Virus record (IMG/VR): IMGVR_UViG_3300031111_000002 | Location: 3,535-67,534 of that record | Strand: one strand, 5' to 3' | Source of the DNA: a virus | DNA: 64,000 nucleotides | Shown: one piece after another, positions 37,815-47,290 of the stretch | How positions within the stretch are numbered: the first letter of the stretch is position 1 | How the letters are laid out: each line of letters starts with the position of its first letter | Program-made: the position numbers and the translations under genes | The notes under the pieces: model-generated | What the model was told of the DNA's origin: nothing | The model's database searches: none | What the model saw: the letters and a program-made list of their open reading frames with translations, nothing else

Positions 37815-38725
37815 AGTTTGAACATGACCCCATAAATAGGTTTCTTGGAAGGGTAGTTTCCTCCAAGCAGTATTCCTGCATTTCCGAAAACAGGTATTCT
37901 CAAACCCAAACCGAACGACGTTTCGTGAGCAAATACAATAGGCCTCAGAGAGTTCAATTCGATTCCCGCACCGATTCCCCATCCAAACTCGTGAGAATGG
38001 AACACAGACAAACTGAACAGCTCTCCGTAGCGTTTTCGGCTTCGCCTATGTACGGCATTGATATCCATCGTCCCGTTAAGGTTGTATTTCAATGTAGATA
38101 TCTCCATTGATCCACGGAAATCCGGCCTGGAATAGACGCGACCTTCTGAGTCATACAGAACGGTTATTGGAGATAGTGTAAGCACTGGTTTCGCTTCTTC
38201 AATGTCGGCAAGTATCTCGAGCCGCCGGATCATTTCGTCGAAGTCGGTTTTCTTCAGGGTGATGTTTTCTGCATTGGCAGTAAGTGAAATCAAAATGAAA
38301 AGCGGGAACCATACCTTAGCACTAGCTTTGATCCGGTCAATGAAATCCCGAGTACTTTCGTTCCCGCTGTTGTGGTCTTCATGTTTTTCTGCTTCAATCT
38401 CTGGTTTCAGTTCTACTTTTGTTTCAATCGTTTTGCCGTCAACGCCTTCAGGTATACCATTCGCTTTAACGTCACCAACTGGATTGTGAGGTTGGATCCA
38501 TCCCTTGTCGTCCTTCTCACCTATTTCTACGTCGCGCCCGTCCACAACGGTGTTTGAGTTGTCTTCTGGATTCGTGCGCCGTTTTAGGATGGTCAGGAAA
38601 GCGATTGATGCCAAAGCACCGGCGAAGATCTTGACTGCGTTTACCGGGGAAAGTTTACGGGTGTAAAGCATGTACGCTAAACACCCGATCACTAAAGACA
38701 AAATTGCGAGTTCAGTCCAACTCAT
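37811..38725 (-). CDS. Membrane protein, candidate spanin-like lysis protein
   Basis: Two N-terminal TM segments, internal signal-like segment ending ANA, C-terminal amphipathic beta strands; follows the holin. Confidence 0.5.
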   Translation of the reverse strand: MSWTELAILSLVIGCLAYMLYTRKLSPVNAVKIFAGALASIAFLTILKRRTNPEDNSNTVVDGRDVEIGEKDDKGWIQPHNPVGDVKANGIPEGVDGKTIETKVELKPEIEAEKHEDHNSGNESTRDFIDRIKASAKVWFPLFILISLTANAENITLKKTDFDEMIRRLEILADIEEAKPVLTLSPITVLYDSEGRVYSRPDFRGSMEISTLKYNLNGTMDINAVHRRSRKRYGELFSLSVFHSHEFGWGIGAGIELNSLRPIVFAHETSFGLGLRIPVFGNAGILLGGNYPSKKPIYGVMFKL

Positions 38726-38963
38726 TCGCGAGTCCCTTTTTGATCTTCTTGTTGATCCCGCGATATCCGAGGAAGATACCGAACCCGATTGAAATTACAA
38801 GCCCCCAAGTGTCGCTGTCGATTCTTTCAATGTAGCAAAGCCACGTTGACGTGAAGAACACGATCAGGAAACCCCATATACTTACCGAAGCGAAACTTTC
38901 CAAGATCTTCGTTGCCAGCCATAAGTAGAATGCCTTTTGGTTGGCCATCAGCTTTTTAGCCAT
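38712..38963 (-). CDS. Putative holin
   Basis: 83 aa, two TM helices, basic C-terminus. Confidence 0.55.
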   Translation of the reverse strand: MAKKLMANQKAFYLWLATKILESFASVSIWGFLIVFFTSTWLCYIERIDSDTWGLVISIGFGIFLGYRGINKKIKKGLANELD

Positions 38964-38964
38964 A

Positions 38965-39300
38965 TTACCATCTCCTTTCATTTTCTATTATTTGCATGGC
39001 GTCTTCTAAGCAATCTGCCCACCCGGACAAACCTCCGCAAACCTTGATTAAACGAAGAAACTCCATTTGATCTGGCCTCGGTTTGTCGCCCGGTTTCTTT
39101 ACCTCGATCGCTACATATACGCCGATCTTCTTTCCCACCATGTCTGGTGTTATCTCCACAGGGTAACAGCCGATTATGTCCGATATCGCTGACACCCCTG
39201 CCAGAGATTCCCTCATTTTCAGCCATATCCCTCCCTTCTTCCGAATCTTCTTCAGTATCGAAGTTTGGATTGCGTATTCACTGGATCCTTTTCTTTTCAT
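38965..39300 (-). CDS. VRR-NUC domain nuclease
   Basis: E..IQ, SDIIG, AIEVK.P....R.DQ..F motifs. Confidence 0.85.
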   Translation of the reverse strand: MKRKGSSEYAIQTSILKKIRKKGGIWLKMRESLAGVSAISDIIGCYPVEITPDMVGKKIGVYVAIEVKKPGDKPRPDQMEFLRLIKVCGGLSGWADCLEDAMQIIENERRW

Positions 39301-41066
39301 AATTTCCCTGCCGCAAGATCTCGTATTGATATGATGCACTTGGCAAGGTTTTTCTTACGCTTCAGCGCGGTCAACACGGCTTCATCTATAGTTCCCTTGG
39401 CAACGATGTCAACAATGGTAAGATCGTTCTTTAGACCAGTCCTGTGAGGCCTGTCTTCCGATTGTTGTCGATGTTCCAAGTCATACGAGTTGCTGAAGTA
39501 TACAGCATAACTGGCTGCAGTTAAAGAGATTGACCGTCCAGCGGCTTGTACGGTTGCGACGAATACCCTGCACTTGTCGTCGTTTTGAAACTTCGATACA
39601 GCCGCCCGTCTATCATCGACGCTCATTCCCCCCACGATCTTCGCCGGATCTTCGCCCATGTAAAGGAACATATCGTAGACGCGGTTGCAATCAGGAACAA
39701 AGCACGTCCAGACAATCATTTTCTGATTAGGTTTCAGGTTGTGAAAGAAATTCTTTAGCGCATCGAGCTTCGGCTGTGCATCGAAATAGTTTTCGCTGGT
39801 TTGCCCTGTCACCTCGTCGTTGTGGAAAAAGAATCCGGACGTTATCTGGCGCAGTTTCATAACCCGGGTAATGGCCGTCTTCGTCAACAGAACCTTGTCA
39901 CCGATTTCGGCCACGTTCTTTTTGACCAGATCTTTGTAGAACTTCATTTGTTTCTTTGGAAGTTCGATATACAATTTTGCGTAAAGTTTCTCCGGCAAGT
40001 CCATGCACTCGTCCTTGGTATATTGAACTGAAATAGTATTGATCTTGTTCCGGATCTTTTTTTCAGATCCGTCTTTCAATACCCAACTTGGCCAGTCAAC
40101 TTTCCCGCCAGTTATCGCATTCAACTCAACGTTTTCATCGTAGAAGTATCTGTTCCTGAAAGCGGTTGCATCCGTGCCGAAGGTTGCCCCGTCGTCCAAT
40201 AACAAAATCTGGGAGAACACGTCTTCCACAGAATTCAGGATCGCGGTTCCAGAAAGTATGATTCTGAACTCCGAAGGTTTGATTACATCCAGTATTGCTT
40301 GGGTACGTTTCGCCTTGATTGATTTCAACAAGTGCGATTCGTCAATGATAGCGACCTTGGGCTTCAGTTCTTCAAACTTCGATTTGGCTACACGTATGCT
40401 GTCGAAGTTCGCTACAACGAATACCGGTTTCGTTTTGGATTCAAAGTAAACTTCCTCGATCCTATCGAGCCGTTTCTTCGGTGTCAATCCCCCGGGTACG
40501 ATCATAACCTTCATGCCCGGTGCATATTCTTGATATTGTTCTTCCCAAACGAATATGGATTCGGTAGGCCCAGTGCAAAGGTAAACCCCGTTTCCAAGCA
40601 ATCTCATCCAATGCAGCAATGCTTGTATCGAGGCCTTTGTCTTACCCGCTCCCATCTCAACGAAGAACGCGATTCTACCAAGACATATAGCACTTGCGGT
40701 CATAACCCTTTGATGATCGAAACTTGGTATATGTTCTTTCACGCAAGGTTGGTAAGATTCAGGGATATCCCCAGTCAATCTCATGTGATGAAGTATCTCG
40801 GTTCGTTCCCTGATATGTTTCCTCATGCGCTTTACAGCATTGACCCGGTTCCTGAACGCATCGTCAAACGATATTCTGTAATGCTTTCTGAAGTGCTCAA
40901 AGACACGCATTGACTCAGGGGTGATCGGAACTGTCCAAGATTTGTTGCCCGGGATGAAGCGTCTTCCGTCGATGGTCTTGACGAGCTCTATCACACGTTC
41001 ATTGTAATCGAACGAGATCCCGACCTTCCCCTTTGAGTCGTTGTATGTAAGACGGATGTTCACCAC
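39297..41066 (-). CDS. SNF2-family helicase with N-terminal HARP-like domain
   Basis: EMGAGKT, DESH, LSGT, KLRQI and QSEDRPHRTG motifs. Confidence 0.92.
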   Translation of the reverse strand: MVNIRLTYNDSKGKVGISFDYNERVIELVKTIDGRRFIPGNKSWTVPITPESMRVFEHFRKHYRISFDDAFRNRVNAVKRMRKHIRERTEILHHMRLTGDIPESYQPCVKEHIPSFDHQRVMTASAICLGRIAFFVEMGAGKTKASIQALLHWMRLLGNGVYLCTGPTESIFVWEEQYQEYAPGMKVMIVPGGLTPKKRLDRIEEVYFESKTKPVFVVANFDSIRVAKSKFEELKPKVAIIDESHLLKSIKAKRTQAILDVIKPSEFRIILSGTAILNSVEDVFSQILLLDDGATFGTDATAFRNRYFYDENVELNAITGGKVDWPSWVLKDGSEKKIRNKINTISVQYTKDECMDLPEKLYAKLYIELPKKQMKFYKDLVKKNVAEIGDKVLLTKTAITRVMKLRQITSGFFFHNDEVTGQTSENYFDAQPKLDALKNFFHNLKPNQKMIVWTCFVPDCNRVYDMFLYMGEDPAKIVGGMSVDDRRAAVSKFQNDDKCRVFVATVQAAGRSISLTAASYAVYFSNSYDLEHRQQSEDRPHRTGLKNDLTIVDIVAKGTIDEAVLTALKRKKNLAKCIISIRDLAAGKL

Positions 41067-43849
41067 GGCATCCTTCTTTGCTGTTCGTGTTTATGCGACG
41101 TTTCTTCAAAGGCCTTGTTGATATAACGGTCAGCCGGCTCAGAAGTCTTCAGCGTGATTCCTTGATACGTTCTCACACCTGAGGTTCCTCGTCCGCGTTT
41201 GAATCCGTATGAAAGCAACGATTCGCCGAAAGCGCGTTTACTCATGCATCGTTCGCCTTCGTCCTCGCACCATTCCCGGTATTCAGAATAAACTTCCGAT
41301 ATGCTGGCCTTCAAACTTTCGTTATTCTTGTCAACGATACATTTCGCCTCAATGAATTGAATGATACCATCGGACGTATCACGATAGTCTTCAGCGGCTT
41401 TTATCGAGGCCTCAGGAGGTTTCAATCCTTCGCGCTGGTATTTGATGCACCCCTGAACAATGAAGTTCAATATGCCTTCATATTCGGCTTCCAGCTTTTC
41501 ACGCAGATAGATGTCTTGCCTTTCAGGTGGAATGATTACTTCAAATGGGATCAGACGTATTCTTCTCCAGATCGAATGAGTGTTGTCGATTATCACTGGC
41601 CTGTGATTACAGGCAAACCAAAGTTTGTGAGTGGGATCGAACTCAAAGAAGTCGCGGAACATTCTACGCGCCTTGATCCGGTCTGATGAAACGATTTGTT
41701 TCAGAGTGTTTTCCGCAAGACGTCGCCCTTGTTCACTTTCTTGAGCCACCGCGAACCGACGTCCATAAAGATCTGCCTGTTCAGTCGGATGTTTCGGAGC
41801 GCCGTTCTTGGATTGCAACAAAAGATCCGGAGCTGTCTGAACACCATAGTCGCCCATTACCGACAACAAAGCGTAAAGCAATTCGCCCTTACCGTTGCTT
41901 CCCTGTCCGTGACAGAAAAAACATATCTGTTCTGAAACGGATCCAGTTATCGAGTACCCTATCGCCTTCTGGATGAAGTCAATCATATCCTCGTCGTTGG
42001 ACAAGATCTCGGTTAAAAATGTATTCCATCGAGGGGATTCTGCTGCAGGGTTGTAGTTGACCGGAGACAATTGAGATATCAGATCTTCCTGATTGTGAGG
42101 ATACAATACGCCTGTTTTGAGGTTGATCGTTCCGTTCATGCAATTGAACTTCCAAGGATTACGATTCATTTCGTTAGCGTTTTTCAAGTACACTTCCGGC
42201 ATTGTCGATGCAAGGTTGATGGAGTTCTTTATGTTTGAATTGCTTTCAGATCGTTTTCCCCACTTGATGATCTTCTCCGCCGTCTTTCTATCGTCGGCTT
42301 CAATTGCTTCAGCTGCCTCTTTGTATATGGCCGGGATCACCGTCTTCGTATAAAGTTCAAAGACCTTGGCATCGTCTTCCAGCCATCGTCTTCCATCCCA
42401 GACGAACCAGCCGATGCTTTTGATGTATTTCAGTTTGTCTCCGCACAGTTCTACAAATCGTTCTGCGTTCGAAAACTCGGTATCGCCAATGTAGTTATAT
42501 GCTTTACGAGCGTCTTGATCTTCTTCCAGTTTGCACGTATCTCCCATTACATCGAACGTATCCCGGACGGCAGACATAGACACGTCAAGCCGATCTCTGA
42601 TCTTCTTGAGATACATTTCCTTGCTCATTGACGTTTGATCCTTGAGCAGTTCGGTTATCTCATTGAAAGATTCTTCGTGACCTTCCTCACTTGGCATTGG
42701 CATAACGTCGATCTTGATATCGAGCAAAGTTTGTGATTCCCGAATTATCCTTTCGAGATCAGCAACCGATCCGCCCTTCTTGAAGAAGTCACAAACGTCG
42801 ATTTTTTCACCCGGGATCTTCGGTATTAGCTTCCCGATCTTCGCCGTTATCCCGAGTCGTTCAAGATTCTTTGCAGTTCTTTCGGCCCCCTTACGTCCGC
42901 CTTCATCCGAATCGTTTATGATTACGACTTCTTTGTTAGCCAATTTCCGTGAGATCGGTTTGAACGTGCTGTTCTTCGGCGACGTAGTTACCGGGCTTAT
43001 AGACGGTATGCCACGAAGCATGAGTGTTATGCAGTCCGCTATCCCCTCAGTAATAATGACCCGCTTGGCCGTAATAATTGAAGTTTCATTAAAGAGCAGG
43101 TCATTTCTGATATGAGGTGATACATATGGATGTTTCGGAGAGTGAGTCAGCAACTTCTTGTACTTGCCGTCTTCGTATTTGTTATCCGGTGTCCAAGGCG
43201 TTTTTCTTCCTATGGCATACCGGCACTGTCCGCGAACCATATACGGGAAGACCACTCGACCTTGGAAGAATGGAAGCATACGTTTTTTCTCAGGTAGTCC
43301 AATATATGCACCTACCGAAAGCGAATGAGGGTTCAGCCGTTTGAGCCCTACATTTTCCCTCGCGTATCCGATTTTCGCTTCTTTGATCTGCTCGAGGTCG
43401 AACCCCCATTGTTCGCCTATCCAGTCGATCACGTCTTGGCGTTTGAGTAATTCTTCATGCCAGTAATCAGACAATTGAGTAAGCATCGTGAAGACCTTGT
43501 CGGCTTCTTCACGTCGTTGGTGTTCTTCTTCAGATATGCTTTCGAGTTCGACCCCGGATAATTGCGCCAGTTCTGCAAGTGCTTCCCACCGGGATTCCTT
43601 GTCGAGATCCTTCCCGACTTTGCCGAACCGAATGAATTCCATCATAGTGATGACATCCCCGCCTACGTTACAAGCCCTGCAGAAGAACAATTGCTTGCCT
43701 GGGTGGACGTGGAAGGATTTGCCAGATTGCGATTCGTGTTGAGGACAATTAAAAGTGACCTGCTCACCAGCCATCCCCGTTGCTTCGCCGATCACTTGTG
43801 TTGCTATCGATACTATCTCAGCCCTGTCTTTAAGATCCTCAAAGTTCAT
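41060..43849 (-). CDS. Primase-helicase: CHC2 Zn finger, TOPRIM and D5/P4-type SF3 helicase
   Basis: CPQH..FCRAC, TEG..D, DSD.GG, NGTINLKTG, GQGSNGKG and WRRIRLIPF motifs. Confidence 0.92.
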   Translation of the reverse strand: MNFEDLKDRAEIVSIATQVIGEATGMAGEQVTFNCPQHESQSGKSFHVHPGKQLFFCRACNVGGDVITMMEFIRFGKVGKDLDKESRWEALAELAQLSGVELESISEEEHQRREEADKVFTMLTQLSDYWHEELLKRQDVIDWIGEQWGFDLEQIKEAKIGYARENVGLKRLNPHSLSVGAYIGLPEKKRMLPFFQGRVVFPYMVRGQCRYAIGRKTPWTPDNKYEDGKYKKLLTHSPKHPYVSPHIRNDLLFNETSIITAKRVIITEGIADCITLMLRGIPSISPVTTSPKNSTFKPISRKLANKEVVIINDSDEGGRKGAERTAKNLERLGITAKIGKLIPKIPGEKIDVCDFFKKGGSVADLERIIRESQTLLDIKIDVMPMPSEEGHEESFNEITELLKDQTSMSKEMYLKKIRDRLDVSMSAVRDTFDVMGDTCKLEEDQDARKAYNYIGDTEFSNAERFVELCGDKLKYIKSIGWFVWDGRRWLEDDAKVFELYTKTVIPAIYKEAAEAIEADDRKTAEKIIKWGKRSESNSNIKNSINLASTMPEVYLKNANEMNRNPWKFNCMNGTINLKTGVLYPHNQEDLISQLSPVNYNPAAESPRWNTFLTEILSNDEDMIDFIQKAIGYSITGSVSEQICFFCHGQGSNGKGELLYALLSVMGDYGVQTAPDLLLQSKNGAPKHPTEQADLYGRRFAVAQESEQGRRLAENTLKQIVSSDRIKARRMFRDFFEFDPTHKLWFACNHRPVIIDNTHSIWRRIRLIPFEVIIPPERQDIYLREKLEAEYEGILNFIVQGCIKYQREGLKPPEASIKAAEDYRDTSDGIIQFIEAKCIVDKNNESLKASISEVYSEYREWCEDEGERCMSKRAFGESLLSYGFKRGRGTSGVRTYQGITLKTSEPADRYINKAFEETSHKHEQQRRMPW

Positions 43850-44034
43850 TCATCCCCCTTGGGGCAACAGGGCGCTTTATGTTTCAACGTTTCAAACACT
43901 TCGTCCTTGTTGAAACGGTATTGGTTTCCGACTCTTATGTGAGGAATTTTATCCTGTTCGGCAAGTCTAGTGATTGTCCGGGCACTTACGTTGAAGTGTG
44001 ATGCAACTTCTTGAGCCGACTCGGTATAAACCAT
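43846..44034 (-). CDS. Excisionase-like HTH_17 DNA-binding protein
   Basis: EVA.HF.VS.RTI....IP..RVG.QYRF. Confidence 0.8.
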   Translation of the reverse strand: MVYTESAQEVASHFNVSARTITRLAEQDKIPHIRVGNQYRFNKDEVFETLKHKAPCCPKGDE

Positions 44035-44152
44035 TGATCCCCCTTTCTTCCGTTTGTATTGTTATGATACGGAGATATTCTATCATTACCCTTGGAGTGC
44101 TTTGCTATCCCCGGTTGATTTCGATTCATTATATCGTCAACCGCTTATGGGT

Positions 44153-44461
44153 TCACCCGCGTCCGGTGTCCTTATTGTCCGCAATGTCAAACCGAGCCGG
44201 GTTTTTGGCTCTCAAGGTTTTTTCTTTGGTGACACGTTTCTCCACCATGTCTTTGAGCCGGCTCTTGCGTTTCGGTTTGCCCTTCTTGCGCTGTTTACGC
44301 AAGAAAGTCCTGCGTTCCTTGCGGTTGCAGTTCCGTTCTTTAGTTTCCGGTTTCTTTTCAGGTTCCGGTATCTCGATCGTTGCAGGTGCTTCGTCAATAA
44401 CGATCTCCGCGTCTCCCCAGTTCCCCGGGCAAGTCGCAGGATTGATTTTCTTTTCAGTCAT
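44153..44461 (-). CDS. Hypothetical basic protein
   Basis: GGAGG RBS; TAATG coupling. Confidence 0.55.
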   Translation of the reverse strand: MTEKKINPATCPGNWGDAEIVIDEAPATIEIPEPEKKPETKERNCNRKERRTFLRKQRKKGKPKRKSRLKDMVEKRVTKEKTLRAKNPARFDIADNKDTGRG

Positions 44462-45372
44462 TAATCCTCCTCTTCAAAGATTCTGTTTATGATTTCGATC
44501 ACGTATCTGCTGTTGATTCTCTCAGGTGGCACGTTCTCAAGAGCATGAATAAGCGAATGTAGATAAGCCATGTCAACCCCTGTTAGTTGCTCACGGATCA
44601 CGTTGATATCCTTCATGTCAAGTTCAGAGATCTGCCACATGATTTTCAGTTGTTCGCCAGCTGTGATTCTCCATCCTCTGGTGATAAACTTCTTCATCCG
44701 GAAGATGCTTGCTATTGGATACAGTGACCCGCTGTAATGCAAGTTCCTGCAAAGCATTGATTCCAATGCTTCCGGTTGCAGAACGAGTTTACGTTCACGG
44801 TGCATCCAGTAACACTTCGCGTGAACAAAGTCATAGTTGTCATGGATCTGGTCAGGCGAACCAAAGAAACGGATCACCAATTGAACCTTGCGGCTCAGCG
44901 TGATAGCGTTCTGTGACAAGAAGACCGGGCGATACTTATCGTCGTCCGAAGAATCCGATACATCTCTTTCAGGTTGATTCTCGTTCGCCTCGACCACTTC
45001 TTCAGCAACACCTGTCGACTTTACATAGATCGTCACCCGATCTTCATCGACCCCACGAGCATTCTTGATGGTTTCTTCGCGAACCTCCGGTTGAGATCCT
45101 GTCTTCAGTTTGTCCGAAGAATTGAACTTGTCAACATAGTATTGAGCAATGGCGAGCGTCGTTTCTTTGGTCAGGAAATAGATATCGAAATCGTTGATTT
45201 TCTCACCCAAAAGCATAGACGCGATAGAGCCACCTGTGACAATCGTATCGCGCCTTGCAAGATCGGCAACCCGTTTGTCTGTAATCGAGCCGATCCAGTC
45301 ATTCACTTTTTCGGTGAGTTCCTTCTTGATTCCTTTTCTCTTGCGTCCGTACCTGATTCCGTCCATTCTCAC
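44461..45372 (-). CDS. Pol-beta-superfamily nucleotidyltransferase-like protein
   Basis: TGGSIAS...INDFDIYF (GG/GS plus DxD), YDF and R..KF..RGW motifs. Confidence 0.7.
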   Translation of the reverse strand: MRMDGIRYGRKRKGIKKELTEKVNDWIGSITDKRVADLARRDTIVTGGSIASMLLGEKINDFDIYFLTKETTLAIAQYYVDKFNSSDKLKTGSQPEVREETIKNARGVDEDRVTIYVKSTGVAEEVVEANENQPERDVSDSSDDDKYRPVFLSQNAITLSRKVQLVIRFFGSPDQIHDNYDFVHAKCYWMHRERKLVLQPEALESMLCRNLHYSGSLYPIASIFRMKKFITRGWRITAGEQLKIMWQISELDMKDINVIREQLTGVDMAYLHSLIHALENVPPERINSRYVIEIINRIFEEED

Positions 45373-45421
45373 CTCCGTTTAGATTACCCTCCCCAAAGGG
45401 TGTTCGTGGTACAACATCCAC

Positions 45422-45456
45422 AGTATATCTGAATGTATAAAAACAGTCAAGAAAAA
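45422..45456 (-). promoter_or_regulatory. sigma70 promoter for the nucleotidyltransferase gene
   Basis: TTGACT-17-TATACT. Confidence 0.7.
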
Positions 45457-45463
45457 ATATCCA

Positions 45464-45850
45464 CTAGAATTTCTTACCGTGTTTGTAAGGGCGACTCTTG
45501 TTGAAATATGCCTTGCATTTCAATGCACCGGCTATGTCGTATCCTCGTTGTGCTGAAAAGTCCATGATCCTAATGATTACGTCCGCAAGTTCGGCTTAAA
45601 CCGTAGTGAACTGAGGTATTTTGTCGTCCGGAGGATTTCCCTTACGCATACCCTCCAAGGCCTCAGAGAGCTCAGAATGGATCAATGCAATTACTTCCCC
45701 GTCGTTTCTTTCCGAGTCCCACCAGCCCTTCGATATAGCCGTCTTGTTGATTTGATCCGCGCACCGATCATATGCTGACTTGAACAGCGTGAAATCGTCA
45801 CAAGGTTTCGGCTCTCTAAGTACAAGGTTCATTGGATCAATATCGTTCAT
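45464..45850 (-). pseudogene. MazG-like NTP pyrophosphohydrolase interrupted by in-frame TAA (45596-45598)
   Basis: ALIHSELSEALE...TTV*AELADVIIRIMD..N..RPYKHGKKF; the frame continues perfectly past the stop. Confidence 0.8.
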
Positions 45851-46230
45851 TGTTTCCCCTTTCGCGGTCGTCCGCCGCATCGTTTTCTGTCATTCAAGCA
45901 AGTGTCGCAAGGACAGCACCCGGGCTTCAAGAGTTTGTTCAAAAGTTCTGCCGGGTTCATCTCACATCGAGGCGTGAACCCACGGTCTTCCTGAGGCGAT
46001 AGTTCGTCCACCGGTTCTGGATCCACTTTGATCGGAATAGGTTGAAACATATTGTCCTGACATGTCTGACATAATCCAGAAATTTTGTACTCCCTTAGAC
46101 TGCATTCGTCCCGGAAGGTTTCGCCTTCCATGTCCTTCGTGCAGATTGGGCATTGTCCTTTATCTCTTAGCGCTACCATCCGTTTGATTTCGGGATCTTG
46201 TATGAGGTCAACTGGTCTTTTCATATTCAT
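45847..46230 (-). CDS. Hypothetical Zn-binding protein
   Basis: CPIC..E..ISGLCQTCQD. Confidence 0.65.
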   Translation of the reverse strand: MNMKRPVDLIQDPEIKRMVALRDKGQCPICTKDMEGETFRDECSLREYKISGLCQTCQDNMFQPIPIKVDPEPVDELSPQEDRGFTPRCEMNPAELLNKLLKPGCCPCDTCLNDRKRCGGRPRKGKQ

Positions 46231-46565
46231 ACCCTAACCGGATCGAGAAACTTCATCATATAAGGTTCGACGTATGACACGTCCCCGCCTTCAGATTCCA
46301 CAACGGCTTGAAGCTTAGTGTGAATCCCGATCTCGCTTTTGTGTTCCGCATGAGTCCAACCGTGAAACGTCCCTTTGAAGTGGATGTTATGCCCTGTTAT
46401 TTCTACACGCCTCATTTTGTTTTCCTTTGATTCTTCTTCAAGTTTTATTGATCTAAGCGAATTGCAGATCTTGGCTGCATCGGTATTGCTCCACGAATGA
46501 GTACAATACACCAGCGTTTTCTCCATGAAAAGAATCGCTTTGTTTACTTTATCGCGATCACTCAT
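46227..46565 (-). CDS. Hypothetical protein
   Basis: ATGA-coupled ORF. Confidence 0.6.
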   Translation of the reverse strand: MSDRDKVNKAILFMEKTLVYCTHSWSNTDAAKICNSLRSIKLEEESKENKMRRVEITGHNIHFKGTFHGWTHAEHKSEIGIHTKLQAVVESEGGDVSYVEPYMMKFLDPVRV

Positions 46566-46741
46566 TGAACCACCCCATCACCATCAAGCCCAGAGCGAAG
46601 AATATAACAGCACCGCCAACTTGCCACCAATTGAATAGGCCATTCCTGACCCCTATCCTCAAGAGCCAGTTGACTACCGATGCCACTCCCCAGCCGATCA
46701 AGAACATGGCATAGAAAGACATCACAACCGCGTCACCTAAG

Positions 46742-47290
46742 TCATTCATCGTCCACCCCCGCTTCCGCGATATCGGTATCACTCGCTATACAAACCTCTG
46801 TTACCGTAGTTGGGTCCATGCGTTTTACGGCTTCGTCCTGCCACTTTCGCAGCCGCTCGTTTTCTTGCTTCAAGTATGCGTTTTCGTTGTTGCTGTCTAC
46901 AGCTTCGGACCAAGTCCGGCCGTAATCCTTCTCGATGGTTTCTAACTCACGCCGCAGCCTCTTGTTCTCGGCTTCCTCATCAGCCAATGCAACATCCATC
47001 CCAAGCAGCAACTGGTACTTGTCAGAGATGTCACGCATCTCCTTCCGCAGCCGCTCGTTCTCGGCTTTGAGTTCGCCGTTCTCCTTTGACAGGGCTGCAA
47101 CACGATCAATTAACCTTTCGTTTTCGGCTTCCAGTTCGTTGATACGTTCTTTCCTAGCGTTGGCCAATTTGATAGCTGTATTTCTTCCGTATACCTTCTC
47201 CCGCTCCGCAGCCAGCTCGGCTTCCAGGGCGGCAATGCGGCCGTTCGCCCATTTTAGTTCAAGCATGTCATCCTCCCATTGTTCAGCCAT
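46742..47290 (-). CDS. Coiled-coil repeat protein (xENERLR repeats)
   Basis: Four AENERL-like repeats; GGAGG RBS before MAEQ. Confidence 0.6.
   Translation of the reverse strand: MAEQWEDDMLELKWANGRIAALEAELAAEREKVYGRNTAIKLANARKERINELEAENERLIDRVAALSKENGELKAENERLRKEMRDISDKYQLLLGMDVALADEEAENKRLRRELETIEKDYGRTWSEAVDSNNENAYLKQENERLRKWQDEAVKRMDPTTVTEVCIASDTDIAEAGVDDE

Noticed and set aside
43846-44034. Integration module implied by the excisionase-like HTH
   Set aside because: No integrase or att-like duplication seen; HTH_17 proteins are often just regulators
8646-45598. Genome-wide TAA recoding suggested by two in-frame TAA codons
   Set aside because: TAA, TAG and TGA all terminate many intact, tightly coupled genes; no suppressor tRNA
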